A DNA stretch of 57,979 bases, filler included, from Platydemus manokwari (GCA_037951405.1; 5 parts of 5 records of this genome joined end to end with filler, not necessarily neighbours in it); one strand, 5' to 3'. Shown: positions 13,233 through 27,169, counted from the first letter of the whole stretch. Program-made: numbers and translations. The notes: generated by a model not told the origin, from the letters alone.

Positions 13233-14320
13233 TATAAGTCGCTACCATTTTAATCAAGCACGTATTGAAAATTAACTAAAAAGTCACGACTTCAAATTAT
13301 ATCTTAATAACGCTGATTCAAACAAAGAAATATTTTATAAAAATTTATTTATTAAAATTTATCAAATTTCAGTTCATTATAAATCCTCACGTCCTCTCAC
13401 ATTTTCTCTAAATTCCTAATCATCTCTGCCTCAAATCCTCAAGATATTTATCTATTAAAAAATTTTCATTTCTTCTCTATGCGAGATACTTTAAATGAAT
13501 TGAATTTTTAATTCAAATCTCATACAAAATCATATTTATATAAAATTAAATTTATTTGTTTATATATTTGTTTTTAAATAGATCTTTGGTGTCTTGATTT
13601 TTCAGTTCGTTTTCAATGTGTGGATTTTAAAATATTAACGGCTTACGTGGCGGCCACGCATTTGGATGCGATTCTGAAAAAATCAACGACTGAAAATTAT
13701 AGTAAAGAGGAAGGAAGATACTGGGACTATATTGAGAACATATAAAGAAAGTATAAGGACGAATTAAAGAAGTTGTCGAAGAGATAAAAAGATGATATAA
13801 AAGAAATTGTAAAAGAATATATTAAAATATAGAAGAATTAGAGTTTTCTGTAAGGAAATATGTGGAGTATTCCATACCGAGATAATTCAAAAAACAAAGA
13901 TTTTAAAGAAAGAAAGTTGTGAGATACTTCAAGTGAATTAAATTTTTAATTCTAATTTAATTCAAATTTTATATAAATGTTGTGTTTAAATAGATTTTTC
14001 GTGTCTTGACTTTGTTTTAAACGTAGTGCTTTTTAAAATAGTAGCGGCTTTATATTTCCCTCACATCATCTCTATATCATATCTATATCTTATCCATGTC
14101 TTCTCTAAATATTTTGGATATCCTCTTTATATCGTCTATACAACTTCACTAAAATTTATTCCTTTTCTCCCTGACCTCCATCTCAAAATCAAATACAAAT
14201 GCGGGGTCACCATGTAAGCCGCTTTTATATTTATAACGTACATTAATACGAACAAGAAATTCAGTACGCCAAATTATATTTTAATTACGATTATTTAAAC
14301 CAATGAATACCTTTAAAAGA
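13233..14320 (-). mobile_element. TRIM-like element, older copy split by the 13480-14052 insertion (3' LTR 13391-13233; PBS 14212-14201; partial 5' LTR from 14213 rightwards)
   Basis: The minus strand reads ...GCGGCTTACA-TGGTGACCCCGC at 14222-14201 and CGTGAGGATTT...GCGACTTATA at 13391-13233. The two internal halves are colinear with the 53549-54063 copy. Confidence 0.65.
13480..14052 (+). mobile_element. TRIM-like element, full-length copy (5' LTR 13480-13647, PBS 13648-13659, PPT 13905-13916, 3' LTR 13918-~14052)
   Basis: Direct repeats TGCGAGATAC...GGCTTACG and TGTGAGATAC...GCGGCTTTA. PBS-like TGGCGGCCACGC follows the 5' LTR, and AAAGAAAGAAAG precedes the 3' LTR. Confidence 0.72.
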
Positions 14321-15499
14321 TATGCAACAATATTACGCAACAATCGATAACAAATTCCATAACAAGCATTTATGAGAAGATAGGCATTAATAAATAAGTA
14401 GACAATTTTAACGACAATCATAAACATCTCCAAACCATATTGTAAAAGTTGTAATATAATTTATTGATTATAACATTGGTGAAGCCAGTTAATAATGAAT
14501 GGTTTTGTCAATCTATAAAATATTTTTTCAAAATCGCCCGCATTAATTACATAATTAACGATGAAGATAATAATAATAAATGATAAATAGTTTCCATGAC
14601 GACAATGATTGGTCCTGAAACATTTTCTACGTATTGTAACATTGACAATCCTTTCAACCATTTCACTGTCAGATGCATACCAAAGCTCTGTTAATTCATG
14701 CATAATGGATCTAGTCATCAAGTCTCGCTGTTCATAATTCTTTCACGGGTGAAAATTTAATGAAATTGTTATAACCACTCACATGGTCTTGAGCATCTGC
14801 TGTGATTGCATTCCGATTCAACACCACGGGTATTCAGTCCAGTAATAAAGATCACATCAGTTTTCCAATTCGTGTTATCAACATAAACAATGATTTCGTG
14901 AATGTGATTTCTCCACTGGTAAATTTTTGTTTTAATTGTAAAACAGATTTTGCTTACGCGTTTTCGAATTTATGAATTTTGCTTGATATACAAAGCACAA
15001 AAATCAATTCCTGTTTATTTTTCATTTAAAATCCTTAATAAATAGACTGTTTATTCTGGATAAGTTCAGTTCACAATTTAAGTTGACAAGCCTTCTAACC
15101 AGAAGTTTAATTGATCAGCTTTCTCGGTTAAAATAAAAATGATTGCATTCGATACAAAAATTAAATCTTTTGGGGAAATCTTTTCGTAAGAATCCAAAAT
15201 GGATCAAATATTAATCTCCATATTAAAAGATCAGACAATGGAATTATATTAATATCATTTGAAACGATGCATCCGACTTCAAAAAATACGTCCATTATTG
15301 CATAGCTAGAGATCAATATATTGATTAGTTTCTCATAATTTTTGACACAAAAAATTACATAATATGCTTAAATAAACTTCGTTTCTGATTAGCCTTTCAA
15401 TATGTTTTCTTTTTCATTCATGTTTCGATTCAAGTGGTTAAAATGCTTTTCGATCTATTGATTATTTGTTTTGTGAAATAAATTAATCTCAAATTGTAC

Positions 15500-16190
15500 A
15501 TCGTTGGCTGCTACACAAACAAAAAATAAATATTGAAAACGAAATTAAAAAATCAGCACTCAGAAACATATTTAAACAAATTGTTGACGTCCAAAAGAAT
15601 CGAAGGTTGCCATATGTATTTTTGTCAACACTTACTAATCAGTACGATACAAGTGCCTCTAAAACTCCGTAAGACATCGCAAAACAAATACAATCTAAAA
15701 CTAGGCTTCCAACTGGAATTTAGCCATTTTTACATCAGTATTTACACTTGGGATTTGTGTGTAATTTTTTCATCGTCTTGTATCACATGTGTGCGTTAGT
15801 GTTTGACTGAGTCCTTTTCTTGAATCATCATTTTGCATCCAAGTTAACCGAGACTAGTTGATTTCTTACACGTATGGTCGTGTGTCCATGGAAATGCTGA
15901 TGATCTTTAATCTCTCAAAATCCTAAGATGCCTAAAATGTTTACATTTCCCTTTAAAACTTTTTATATTATTAACACTTTTTGATCTCAACTTCTCTCTA
16001 TATTTATTTACCAAATACAATAATCCCTATTTCCTTAATCTTCCTCCTAACGTCTTTATATCTTGTTTATCTCTTCTATCTAAGTCTTCTCCACGTCTTT
16101 GTTCTTCTATACTATACATTTCTATCATTCATCTCCTTATAATACTCGATAGACATATTAGCTGTATCTAAGACATAAAATGCGAATGAA
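15500..16190 (-). mobile_element. Highly degenerate, interrupted TRIM-like copy
   Basis: LTR core attgaaaacgaaattaaaaaatcagcac near 15532, aaaatcctaaga (LTR-start-like) near 15917, ttccctttaaaa (PPT complement) near 15947, then a pyrimidine-rich internal tract on the + strand. Confidence 0.4.
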
Positions 16191-18361
16191 AAATAAATTT
16201 AGCATTTTATCACATTTTGAACACAAATTAAACCGATCGTTTATATGTTTTGACAAAATTTCTTAATAAAAATCTTGTTATTATTTCATTTTCATATCCC
16301 CGCATATCACATTGAATTATATGGTATTCCCCAAAATTAATATTTGAGTTACAATTTTAATTATTCTTATCATCATCTTGTTCATGGGTATGCGTGCCAG
16401 ATTTTGTGTGATATTGGTGTGAAAATATTTGAATTTTATGGAACACACTTCCAAATATTTGGTGACGTTTTACAATTCTAAAATGGATCACATCAATGAG
16501 AAATATAAATATAAATAATGAATGATAAATATGTTTATAACTAGCTTTTGAAAAATAAATTATGGAGTTTCTATGGGTTTGTTGGCATCACTAATATTAA
16601 CCAGTATTTTGTAAAAAAATTTCGATTAACCACATTACAAATATTATTGATTCAATACAAAATTGGATATTGTTTAAAACTTTAAGTATTGATTTTCTTG
16701 AAGTCTACTCATAAAAATAATTTGATTTTTTAGAAAAATAGCTAGAATTTGAAATTTGGTTTAAAATCGATTTCCGAAAAATTGTCATTTTTAGTGAATC
16801 TTTTGTTTTCTTAGTTTTTGATCTCAGAACCCATAAACAAAAACCTTGGAATACCTCATTCTTCGCTCCCGTGATACAGACATACAATGGATCGAATACC
16901 GAAATCTCTAGTTTGATCCAGACCAATATATTTAAAATCATATAAACAATATTTAAAAATAAGTTAGATAAATCCTGGATAATTTAAATATTCAGAATAT
17001 ATTTTTAATAAATCAAATCGGAGATTTGTTTAAATATCCTGAATAACGTGTTTTTTTAAAAATATCAATTTTTATGGAATTGAAATAATTTAAATTATTT
17101 TTATCTATCTTATTTCTATTGGTAAAATATTGCTTATATGATTTTAATTCATGTAGTGTTTAATGACCCTACACAGAGGACACTGACAATTGGATCAAAA
17201 ATTCTAACGAATTGAAAAAATTCGCCAAACTTTATTGTAATTTAACATTTGAATCTACAGAAAAATTAATAACATTTTTCATTTTAATTTTTATATTGTT
17301 TTTAATAATGCTAATAACTTATTTTTAATGATAATTTTATTAATTTCAAGATAAATGATAGAAAATCAATAAGATATCATTTGTTTGATATGTGAGACAA
17401 GATAATGATTTATTCCAAGCATTGAATTTTAAATTTTATGTTTAAAATAAAATCCCATAAATCTGCAAATACATCCTTGTCATAATCTTGCTTTATTAAA
17501 TGATCTGTCTTAACGTGTTTCTAGTTTCACTTCTTTTTATAAATTTTATAAATAATTCCGTGGACTTTTCGAAAGTCTATTTTTGCTTTTTCTTTGCAGA
17601 AATCGAACGTATTAAATAATTTGAAAATGTATTTTTTTTCTTGAAAACACAGATAATTGAACTATTAAGAGAGATAATTGCCACTATTATTTAATTTGGT
17701 TATGAATAATTTTTGATGAAAATACCCATATTTATCGAAAAAATAAAGTCCAATTCTTCATTCAGGATGCAAAACGTAAAAGCCAAATTGGGTTGATCGA
17801 TATCATTGAAATTTTTAGTTATATCTGTAACGTATATTTCTCAATTCGATCTATCAAATATTATAATGAGTAGTTTTATCATGAGTTAATAACGGTTGTC
17901 ATACTTTGACCAATACGAAAAAGCATTCTCTTGTCAATATTCTATATATTATTTATTCTATATATTATTTGTGTGTATGTTTTATGATTCTCTTTCGTTG
18001 AAGTCAGTTGGATATTTATATATTAATGTAAATAAAATATATGATAGAAAATTGACCAATCTATTTCTAGTTTGTTTATTCATTACGAATAAAGCTAATT
18101 AGGATGCAATGCACCATATCCACTGCCAAAACAATCGATATTTTTAGGTAAACAATGAAGAGTTTCACTTTAAAATCCATTGTTGTTGTCAAATATCTAT
18201 TTCTGGTACCACGGAAAATGGTTTAAAAAGTTTATTCAATGCACGCATATCGATCAGGAATATTCGAGATAAAATATTAACATTTTTTATTTGATAAAAG
18301 CCCATAAAACGAATGCTAGACGCTTTCATGAGAAGATAATTGAAAATGAGTTCAAAATGTT

Positions 18362-18740
18362 GTCTAAAGTTAAAAAACAGGGTCCTAAAATAAAATTTTA
18401 AATTTGAGTGTATTGCTAAAATCCTTATAGTTTATTTAATTATATTCTTTAAAAACATTTTGAATTTTTTATTTGAGTGCTTAATAAGAATCAATTGTTA
18501 AATAGGCTAGAGTTTATGAGTTTCTTAAAATTTGATAATTTGAAAAAATAAAAATGTAGATCGAATTGTAATTTATTGAAAATTAGCGAGGAGCCCTTTT
18601 TAACATTAAAAGCAAATTGAGAGATATTCTAAATTTTTACAATTATTTTATAAAAATAAGCATTGATATTATTAAACATGTCTGTAATTAACTAACTCGA
18701 TTTATAATTATAAAAAATTAAATTTAAAAACTCAAATAAT
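18362..18740 (+). mobile_element. MITE family A copy truncated by contig end
   Basis: Colinear with 1482-1890 (gagtgtatt, atttattgaaaattagcgagga, agcaaattgagaga, tttttacaattattttataaaa). Confidence 0.7.
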
Positions 18741-18840
18741 NNNNNNNNNNNNNNNNNNNNNNNNNNNNNNNNNNNNNNNNNNNNTTAATTAATTAANNNN
18801 NNNNNNNNNNNNNNNNNNNNNNNNNNNNNNNNNNNNNNNN
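18741..18840. other. Artificial contig spacer N44-TTAATTAATTAA-N44
   Basis: Identical to the other three spacers. Confidence 0.97.
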
Positions 18841-20819
18841 TTGTTTCAAGGTAAACTTGTGTAATTGTGATAAATAGATTATTTATAATTGTTTGCCATT
18901 TTTATATTCAACAATATGAACACTCCCTGGCTAAATAATCAAAAGGTTTACTAAAATTCAACATTTTTAAGCACTAGGCATAGGTACAAGTTTCCCTTAT
19001 TTGATGACTTTGATATAAGCAAACAAAGCCAGACAAGACAAGGATAGTTCTACTACCAAATAATCAAGCTGCTTCGAGTCACTATTGCACGAATCAGAAT
19101 AGAGAAAATATCACTCTAGTATTTTCTTGGTAAAAAGAAGAAAATTTGGAGACATATTTCGTCTATCTATTGTCAAATGTAGAATATAATTTATATCCGA
19201 TTGTAACGCACATAATTTTCCATGAGAAAGTATTACTCAATATATGTCCCATCACATCACTGGAGACAAAAATTTAACAGTCAAAGATATCAGCACTGAA
19301 TAACAAAATATAACAAGAAAATCATTGTGAATCGCGGAACTTGTCATTATCTTTGGAATCATCACATGCCACAATCTTTAATATTGAATAACCATTGAGC
19401 CTATCGAATTAGATATGTATTCATCCAGTAATTTATTCCTATGATAGTTCAAATAGAATTATCATTGAATGTGCTGCATTGATCTCATTAGATAAATAAG
19501 ATTAAATTTCGTCATATAACTCTCATCCTATGATTTGGCAAATGTAACTTGTGCTCGGAAGTTAAGCGACACCAGTGGTAATTTTCGCTTAAATTCTAAA
19601 CCATAAAATATTGTACATTGAGTATGTCAAATAATAATAATAAAATATTTCCTTCCATATTGAGTTATTTTTTTATTTATTTGCATAATTATAATTGTAA
19701 TGAATATTTTAGAGTTCTAAACAACGAAAGATCCTCATATGCCTATAGATCGTTAAATATTAACAATAATGAACCTTCACTTTGAATATAGAAGGCACTT
19801 CCTATTACTGATATATCATTTTAGTCAGATATATTCGCCGATGTCAAAAATGTGCTTTATGATCGTTTTTAACAAATACCCCTCTTTTTAGTTGTTATTT
19901 ATCGACAGCTATAATAATTTTGTGTTGGATTTTATAATAATACTAATAATCGCAAATCGCTTGTTCGTCTGCCTAACTTTCATGTAATTGTTTATTAAGT
20001 TACTGCAGTTACACCCCAAAAATCTTACTTATACAATCTTGTCATCGATCAAATAGCGAAAAGTAACCCAACAAAAAATATTTATATATAATGAGTGTAT
20101 AATAGACACTAAAGAGAAAATATAAATATAAATTTTACAAATTTTACTCAATTGTTATTTATTTAAGAACATTATATTCATTAAGCATTTTGAAGTATGC
20201 TAAAATCCATATTTTAATTAATCAGAAATATATTTATTGACTTTCATTGTCATTGTCTCTTTCATATATTTATATATTCATTTTAGAAATTTATATTTAC
20301 AATTCTAAGGAATGGTAACTTTCTTACTATAAGAGAGTCAGTCGGGAAATTTATAAACCTGAAGCGCAACCTGAAACATTTAATTCATATTTGTTTATCG
20401 ATGTTTGTATAACACCAAAACTTCAATCTTACAATTATCAACATAAGTGATGAAACCTTCATTTGCAATGACTTTTGCTCCTAATCTGGTTCTTCTACAG
20501 ATATTAATATTACTCTCGTTGGAAAATGCGAATATAACTTTAATTATGAATCTTATCTTAAATCAACTATAATAATATTTTAACAATTAATTTGTTAGAG
20601 AAATAAGAACTTTTTAAATTTAGTTATTTTATAAAGACTTGGTCTTTTTAATTAATGTAATCATATATACTTTTATGTGAAATACCTAATAAAAATTACT
20701 TTGTTTTAAAATTATAAGTATAATTGTTACTAGTATGAATAGAAGAAGCAATTAATTCGAAATTTAACTATAATAAAATTTTAGTAATATATCTAAAATA
20801 CATTTAAATTTATTTAAGC

Positions 20820-21635
20820 ATGGTAAAGCTTAATATGAATATTTTAATAAAAAGTACCAGTGGTCGAGTCTTTAGAAAACCAGATGAATCTCACGAACAA
20901 TATTTAATGAAAGTTACACATTTATATTTGGAAAATAAACAATTAGATTCCATTGTGTGTAAATTCGTTTTCAAAATTATTAATATTTTTAATTATTTAT
21001 TCTAGAGTCACGAAATTGGTTTATGCAAAAATCTAACGGTGCTATATTTATACGACAACCATCTATCGGAAATGCCCAATTTAGAAGGATGTCAAACTTT
21101 AACACATTTGTATATACAAAACAATGATATAACAAGAATAGAACATTTGGGATCGTTGTCAAATCTCATGAAATTGTATTATAGTTTGCAATGAGATACT
21201 TTAACCAGGTCCTTTTAGATATGTTGGTCATAATAAGATAACATTCTTCGAAGGCTTTCACACTAATACAACTTTACAGGAACTGTATATTGAAAATCAA
21301 AATTTGCTACCTGGTGAAAAGTTGTTATTTGATCCAAGGAGTATTTCATCGATTGCAGTAAATTAATATTTATATTATTGACCCAATGACATACAATTAG
21401 TTGTCATTGACAACGATTAATATTAGTTACAACAATGTTGACAGTTTGGATGGTATTAGAGGATTGAAAAATTTGAGACAGTTGATTGCAACCGATAATA
21501 AAATCGATAATATGACCGAAACATTGGAAATCGTTTCAGAATTGAATTATTTACATCGACTAGAATTACAACAGAATCCAATTTGTATTATGAAAAAGTA
21601 TCGAGATTTAATTATCATTGCAGTATCTTCGTTGG
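20820..21635 (+). CDS. PPP1R42: Protein phosphatase 1 regulatory subunit 42 (LRRC67/TLRR), leucine-rich repeat protein; exons 20820-20954, 21006-21175, 21219-21357, 21401-21635; 3' end not located
   Basis: Spliced translation gives MVKLNMNIL...CKNLTVLYLYDN...LTHLYIQNN...ELYIENQNLLPGEKLLFDPRS...NPICIMKKYRDLII. This matches recalled PPP1R42 hallmarks (CKNLSVLYLYDN, GEKLLFDPR, NPVC..KYRD). Introns are 51, 43 and 43 nt, all GT-AG. Confidence 0.9.
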
Positions 21636-21865
21636 GTATGTTTTGATATTTAAATTAATCGATTTTTTGTAAAATTATATTGGATTTTTGAAGTTTTTGA
21701 AGAATTTTAATGAAATTTATTGAATAATTTAACCGTTCATATTTTATTGATTTTATTTACTCTGTTCATTGGATTTATTTTGACATTATTTTTATTGGTT
21801 TTTATAGATTTATTATTTTCGATTTTTGAAATTTTCAATCCATTAAAATTTACAAAAATATTTCA

Positions 21866-22100
21866 GCTCAAGTTAAAAAGGGATCCTAAAATGAAATTTT
21901 AAATTTGTTGAGTGTATTGCAAAATTCTATATAGTTTTTTTTAATTACATTCGCTAGTGTATTTAATGTTCGATTTCAAACAACTAAGATTCTTCTTAAT
22001 TACTTAAATAAAAAATTAAAAATGTTTTAAAGAATATAATTAAAAATAAACTGTATTCAAAATTAAAAATTTTAGTTTAGAAATCTTTTTTAACTTCAAC
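21866..22100. mobile_element. Two left-arm fragments of MITE family A in inverted orientation
   Basis: 21866-21954 matches the element start on +. 21955-22100 is the reverse complement of the element start (including gaat...tgtttgaaat...attaaatacactag). Confidence 0.55.
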
Positions 22101-22689
22101 TCGGTTTTTTTTACTTTAAAATATTTTGCCTCTATAGATTGAGTATATCGGTTTAAACCAATTGTGCCCGAAAAATGACAACTTCTTTCTTCCTAACCAC
22201 AAGCTTTGGTACTCATAATTTTCCACATTCATTTTCATAATATAAGCAAACAAACGGAATTGTTGTTTTCTCATCAGAATGATGAATATACTAGACAATT
22301 GGTATATTGTCTCTTCTATACTAGCAAGGTTAGATTTCAGATTTTTGGTGAATAGTTTCTCGTCATGAACTGTTTTTCATAAGCCACATCACAGAAATTA
22401 TGACAACGATGTAAATAAACAGTGATTATACCGACGCAATCAGGCTTCAAATGATAAACGAGGGAACTTGTACGTCATGTTTATACGGTATATAGATTTT
22501 GTAATTAAAAACCACCCCGATAACTCCGAACAACAAAGTGTTAGCAAAAATAATTTTAATAAAAATTGTAAAAATTTATTGGATATTAAATTAATTATCG
22601 AAAACCAATTTCAGCCGTTTCATTTAGATTTTCAAACAATTTGATTTTTGTTACGTGATTTTCAAATTAAGACCAAAAAATTGTTGGAT

Positions 22690-23840
22690 ATTTCTGTTTA
22701 CACAAGGAAAGGTAGAATTCAACTTGATAGAAACATTTTTATAATTATTATCTAAGACTTATGAAAATCATCTCAACACAGGCTTTGCAAACTGATGGAA
22801 ACATATCCAGATCGTTTACCATCATTCTTTTCTTCCATATTGCGATTTATTTCTTAAAAGTAACTAATTTATTTGTTTCCGTAAGAATATTTTCATTTCT
22901 ACCTTGTATAATTATATTCAGACTGTTATAATGTCTAAATATCTCACTTAAATACTCTTTTTTGGAGATCCATAGTTCATTTTTAAGGAATTTACTATAT
23001 ATATAAAGCTTTTCATTTTAAAAAAAAAGTTCTGAAGGTCAATTATGCGAGCTAGCAACTTTCCTTTCAATCATCATCTTATGTCTATGTGCAATAGCAA
23101 ACGAAGATAAAAATAATCCATATCCTTGCACAGCAATTCAAAAATTATGGACTTCAACGTCCGAGTTTGTATTTAAGGTAATTTCTGTTACCTCACATGA
23201 AGCCAATTCGATCACTTGATTCACGAGACTACCTTGAAATTTGGATAATACACTTTACTTAATGTTATCAGGTAAGTCAAGAATCCTTCTCTGATTTGTA
23301 TTGCTTGAAAGAGGGATCTTACCAATTTCTTGTTCCAACTTGTCGCCGAGCATAATTTTCACCGTCCTTTAGCATGCTGGAAGAATCACTGATTATGCAA
23401 GAACACAATTACTGCTTTCTTAAATAGTCGACTTTGCTTCACCTTTGATTCTAACAACTGTTGATAATACTCGGCATTTTTAGCTTGAAGATTGGGATGA
23501 TTTGTAGTTAGATGTCTTTTCATCTTGGAACTATTACTTCATTAGACAGTGTTTGGCCACACACAACACACAGCGGGGAAGAAATCTGTGTATATCCAGT
23601 TCATTGAAAAACCTGTCCATATTTAAAGGTGAATTAAATCTAATATTGAAGAAAACAAATATAAGAGAATTTCTATTATATTTAATCATATTTTTATTTG
23701 TCATACTAAAACCTTAAATTACAACACTTAAATATTAAATAAGAAATAACTCTTTATGTTATAAAGCATAACCACTTCCTAATTACTTACTTCGTGGCGC
23801 ACCAGTAATAATTCCTTTGCACAGTAGTTGGGAACCACTG
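22690..23840 (-). mobile_element. Decayed hAT DNA transposon (Buster/Charlie, ZBED5/ZBED8-like transposase pseudogene) with one TIR
   Basis: Minus-strand fragments PLCVVCGQTLSNE...MKRHLTTNHP (BED-type finger), VILPAC*RTVKIMLG...KIPLSSNTNQRRI and SLNIIIQGRNENIL...KLVTFKK*IAIWKK...DMFPSV, with stops and frameshifts. TIR CAGTGGTTCCCAAC at 23840-23827, flanked by gtcTAagt (central TA, typical of Buster-family target sites). Confidence 0.8.
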
Positions 23841-24065
23841 GTCTAAGTTATGATAAATCGTATTTGCCACCATGGTTCAAAATATCATTTTTTGGAACAT
23901 TATTTTGAAAACTTCTGAAGTTTTCTTTTCATTGCATCAATATTTTTACCCGGGTTTTTAGCATGATTATATTACAAATTGATTTTATCTGTTCATAAAC
24001 CATTGAAATCAATTCTTTTCATTTATCTGGTTTTGATATTTAAATAAATCGTGTATAAAATATTT

Positions 24066-24150
24066 GGTTAAAGTTAAGAAAAGGCCTGCTAAAATAAAAT
24101 TTAAAATTTAGTGAGTGTATTTCAGAAAACTATATAGTCTCAATAATTGT
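24066..24150 (+). mobile_element. MITE family A left-end fragment
   Basis: ggttaaagttaagaaaaggcc...aaaataaaattt...gagtgtatt...tatatagt matches the family start. Confidence 0.55.
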
Positions 24151-27100
24151 ATTAATTAAAACACTTTGAATTATTAATTAAATTATATGAAAATAATTTC
24201 AGCAGTTTGAAATCAAAAATTTTAAAAATCTTTAAAAAATGATTACTGTAAAAAAGCCTCAAACAAAATGAAGAAGGACAAAATATTAGATTTGTAAAAC
24301 CCGACAAGAGTTTGTTGAGTGGATTTATTATTAAACTTGCAATTAACAAGTTGGAAAGACATGTTAGAAGTAATTGTTTTAAATAATCCTATGAATGGCA
24401 ATCTCACAACTGTAAGGAAAGTGATGTGAATGAGAATTGGAGTCAACATGACAGTATTAACCTTTCAACGTGTGTCGTTAGTTCAGAAATCAAAATAATG
24501 AAGTAAGAAATTGAAATCCAGATAATTTATAGAAAATTAAAAGTTTTGTAAGAATAAATTTTTAAATGATATTTAAAAAATATATTTATAGAATTTATTA
24601 CAATTGTAAGTCATGAGAGAAAATTTATCATAATTAAATAAGGTCAAACAACCAATATATCAATTAAAATATTTCTTAAGTGCTTAAACTTAAGAGATTT
24701 GAATTAATTAAAAACTTACTTTTCACATGTTTTGTTGCAAATTAAATGTTTCTTATGTTTATCGATTTTAATTTTTTAAAATGGAATCTTATATTAAATT
24801 ATTACGTATCACCAACGGAACAACTTCATTCAAACTCTTTATGAGAATTTGAATCAAGTTTTTAGTTGTTCTGGGTCAAACATTTGATGAGAATATATGA
24901 TCTGATGCTTATTTTTTGCAATATCATAAGATTCTGGAAAGTGTTGGGTACAGGAGTACCCCAAAATAACAATATAAAATAATATAATTTTTTTTCAAAA
25001 ATGCAACACCCTTCTAAGAATAAAAACTATAAACGGAACTATAAATATAATTTATTAAGTCTAAAAATAGAAATAATTATTTAATAATTATAAAAATAGA
25101 ATAATAATCCAAAACAATTATAGGTCAGAAAAATGAAATAATAACCAAAAAGATGATAGGTCAGGTAAGATATAAATAACAGCATACAAAGAAAGAGATG
25201 ACGCATTTTTATGCCCATAATTATTATCGTAAAAAATACCCATAACTTATTGGAAAAACTCTCGGCGACGTTGACAGATCGTAATTATTGATTTCTAGAA
25301 ATAAATAATTATTATCTGAACCAGGAATGTATATATAACAATACTGCGAGAACACAATACTAGCTATGACGAGGAAAACGTTGCTGTTTAGCAACGCGAT
25401 ATCAGTAATCTGATTCTTTTAGAGCTTTTCATAGCTAGAAATATCTTAAATAATTATTATAACTATTACTATTATCAGTGTCTTTGGCCCCGCCCAACCT
25501 CTATTTAAATTATCGAAATTTTATCTGTGTAGTTTGACTATTAGATCTCAACTATCTTCAAATCATATCAAGGACATAGCAACTCTCGGCACAAGGAACA
25601 ACTAAATTAATACAAGACAACAATAGTCATTCATTAATAAACGCCCTGATTAATTCACCTTCTGAAATTTAAACCCGAACGAAACCAAACAAAAGATGCA
25701 TATAAAAAACAGAATCAAACATGATTTTAGCCGATAAAAATACTTGGAAAAATGTTGAATCATTTCCTCAAACTCCAATAGTAATTCATAATTTGTATTG
25801 GTGCCGCAATTAATTGGTTATTTCGATTTTTGACACCAATTTGATAACAAATCAACCATTACAAATGATATAATAAATATAAATTATCATAACAAAGAAA
25901 ACAAATTGAAATAACTGTATAATGATTAATACAAATCAAGCTTTTAATTTTCACATTGACTTGTTCCCATTTATATCATTCAAATGCAATAACAATAGCT
26001 ATCACTATCAATGTCATTATTCCTATTAAAATGCTGTCATATTAATGACTTGTTTCAAATTGTAATCCATTTCTGTCTCTCTATCTCACTCTCATTCTCT
26101 GTAAAGGATTTTGTTTTTCGAAAATCATGATTCTTGAGCGATAATTGAAATTTTATTTTCTAGACCAATAAAAATGATTTTGTAAATTCAATATGGAGAA
26201 TTTATATTGCGTTTTTACATGATTAATTAATTTTAAATGGGATTTTTTCTACTCATTATTGATATATAAATAAATTATGAATATAAAGTAATTAAATAAA
26301 ATAATGATAATTATTTTTAGTAAGACGAAATTGATAACGAAATTATAATGATAATAACAATGGTAATATTAATTATAATAATAATAATAATAGTATAAAG
26401 TAGTTTGAAATTTATGGTTTTGTTAGATTATGGTAAAAATTATTTCACTTTGAATTACTTTAAACCTAACATTCGAGTTCGATTATCGTTACTATTTCAT
26501 CGCGTTAACATGTGAAACAAAATAGAAATTATTATTTCACAAACAGATTATGACTATCGGTTTTTTAATACTAGACCAATTAGATAACAGTTGATCTATT
26601 CAATTACTTGAGGAAGATTTCAGAATATGATAAAGATCGATATTTTTAAATTGACAATCAATACTGTGTTATTCATTATCATAGCTTTCAATCTCTTCAC
26701 AGTCGCTTCGATATTAATCTAGTAATATTACAGTTTGAATAAACAAAATAACTAAACAAATATTTTTAATTATTTTAAAAAATCGAGTCCTTATTAATGC
26801 AATTTTACCATAAATTTTATAATTTATAATTTTAACATATAAATTTTTTAAAAAATTTTATAATTTATTTGATATAGAAATTTTATATTTAAAGCTTCGA
26901 ATGAATAATAAAATATAAATGAAATTTATGAAATTTATATTGATGAAATAATAATCGATATCCAATAGATTAACTGATGAAGATTTTATAAAATAGTGGT
27001 GATAATAATACTGATTCTAATTATGATAAACATAGCAAAATTATAATAATGATAATAAATAAAAAATTAATTATAATATAGGATTGAAATGAATGTCTTG

Positions 27101-27169
27101 TCCAAAAGAAAATAATATTTATTTAATCAATAAAGACAATATGCAAATTGGAAATATAAACAAAACAAA

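Noticed and set aside
10396-14320. Interpretation of the repeated TTTTCAGTTCGTTTT family as a satellite or Penelope pseudo-LTR
   Set aside because: Fixed TG/CA ends, a PBS, a PPT, solo copies and 5-bp TSDs fit an LTR element better, and no hammerhead motif was seen.
14400-15250. Possible second hAT transposase remnant on the minus strand
   Set aside because: One weak ITADA-like motif only, which is insufficient by eye.
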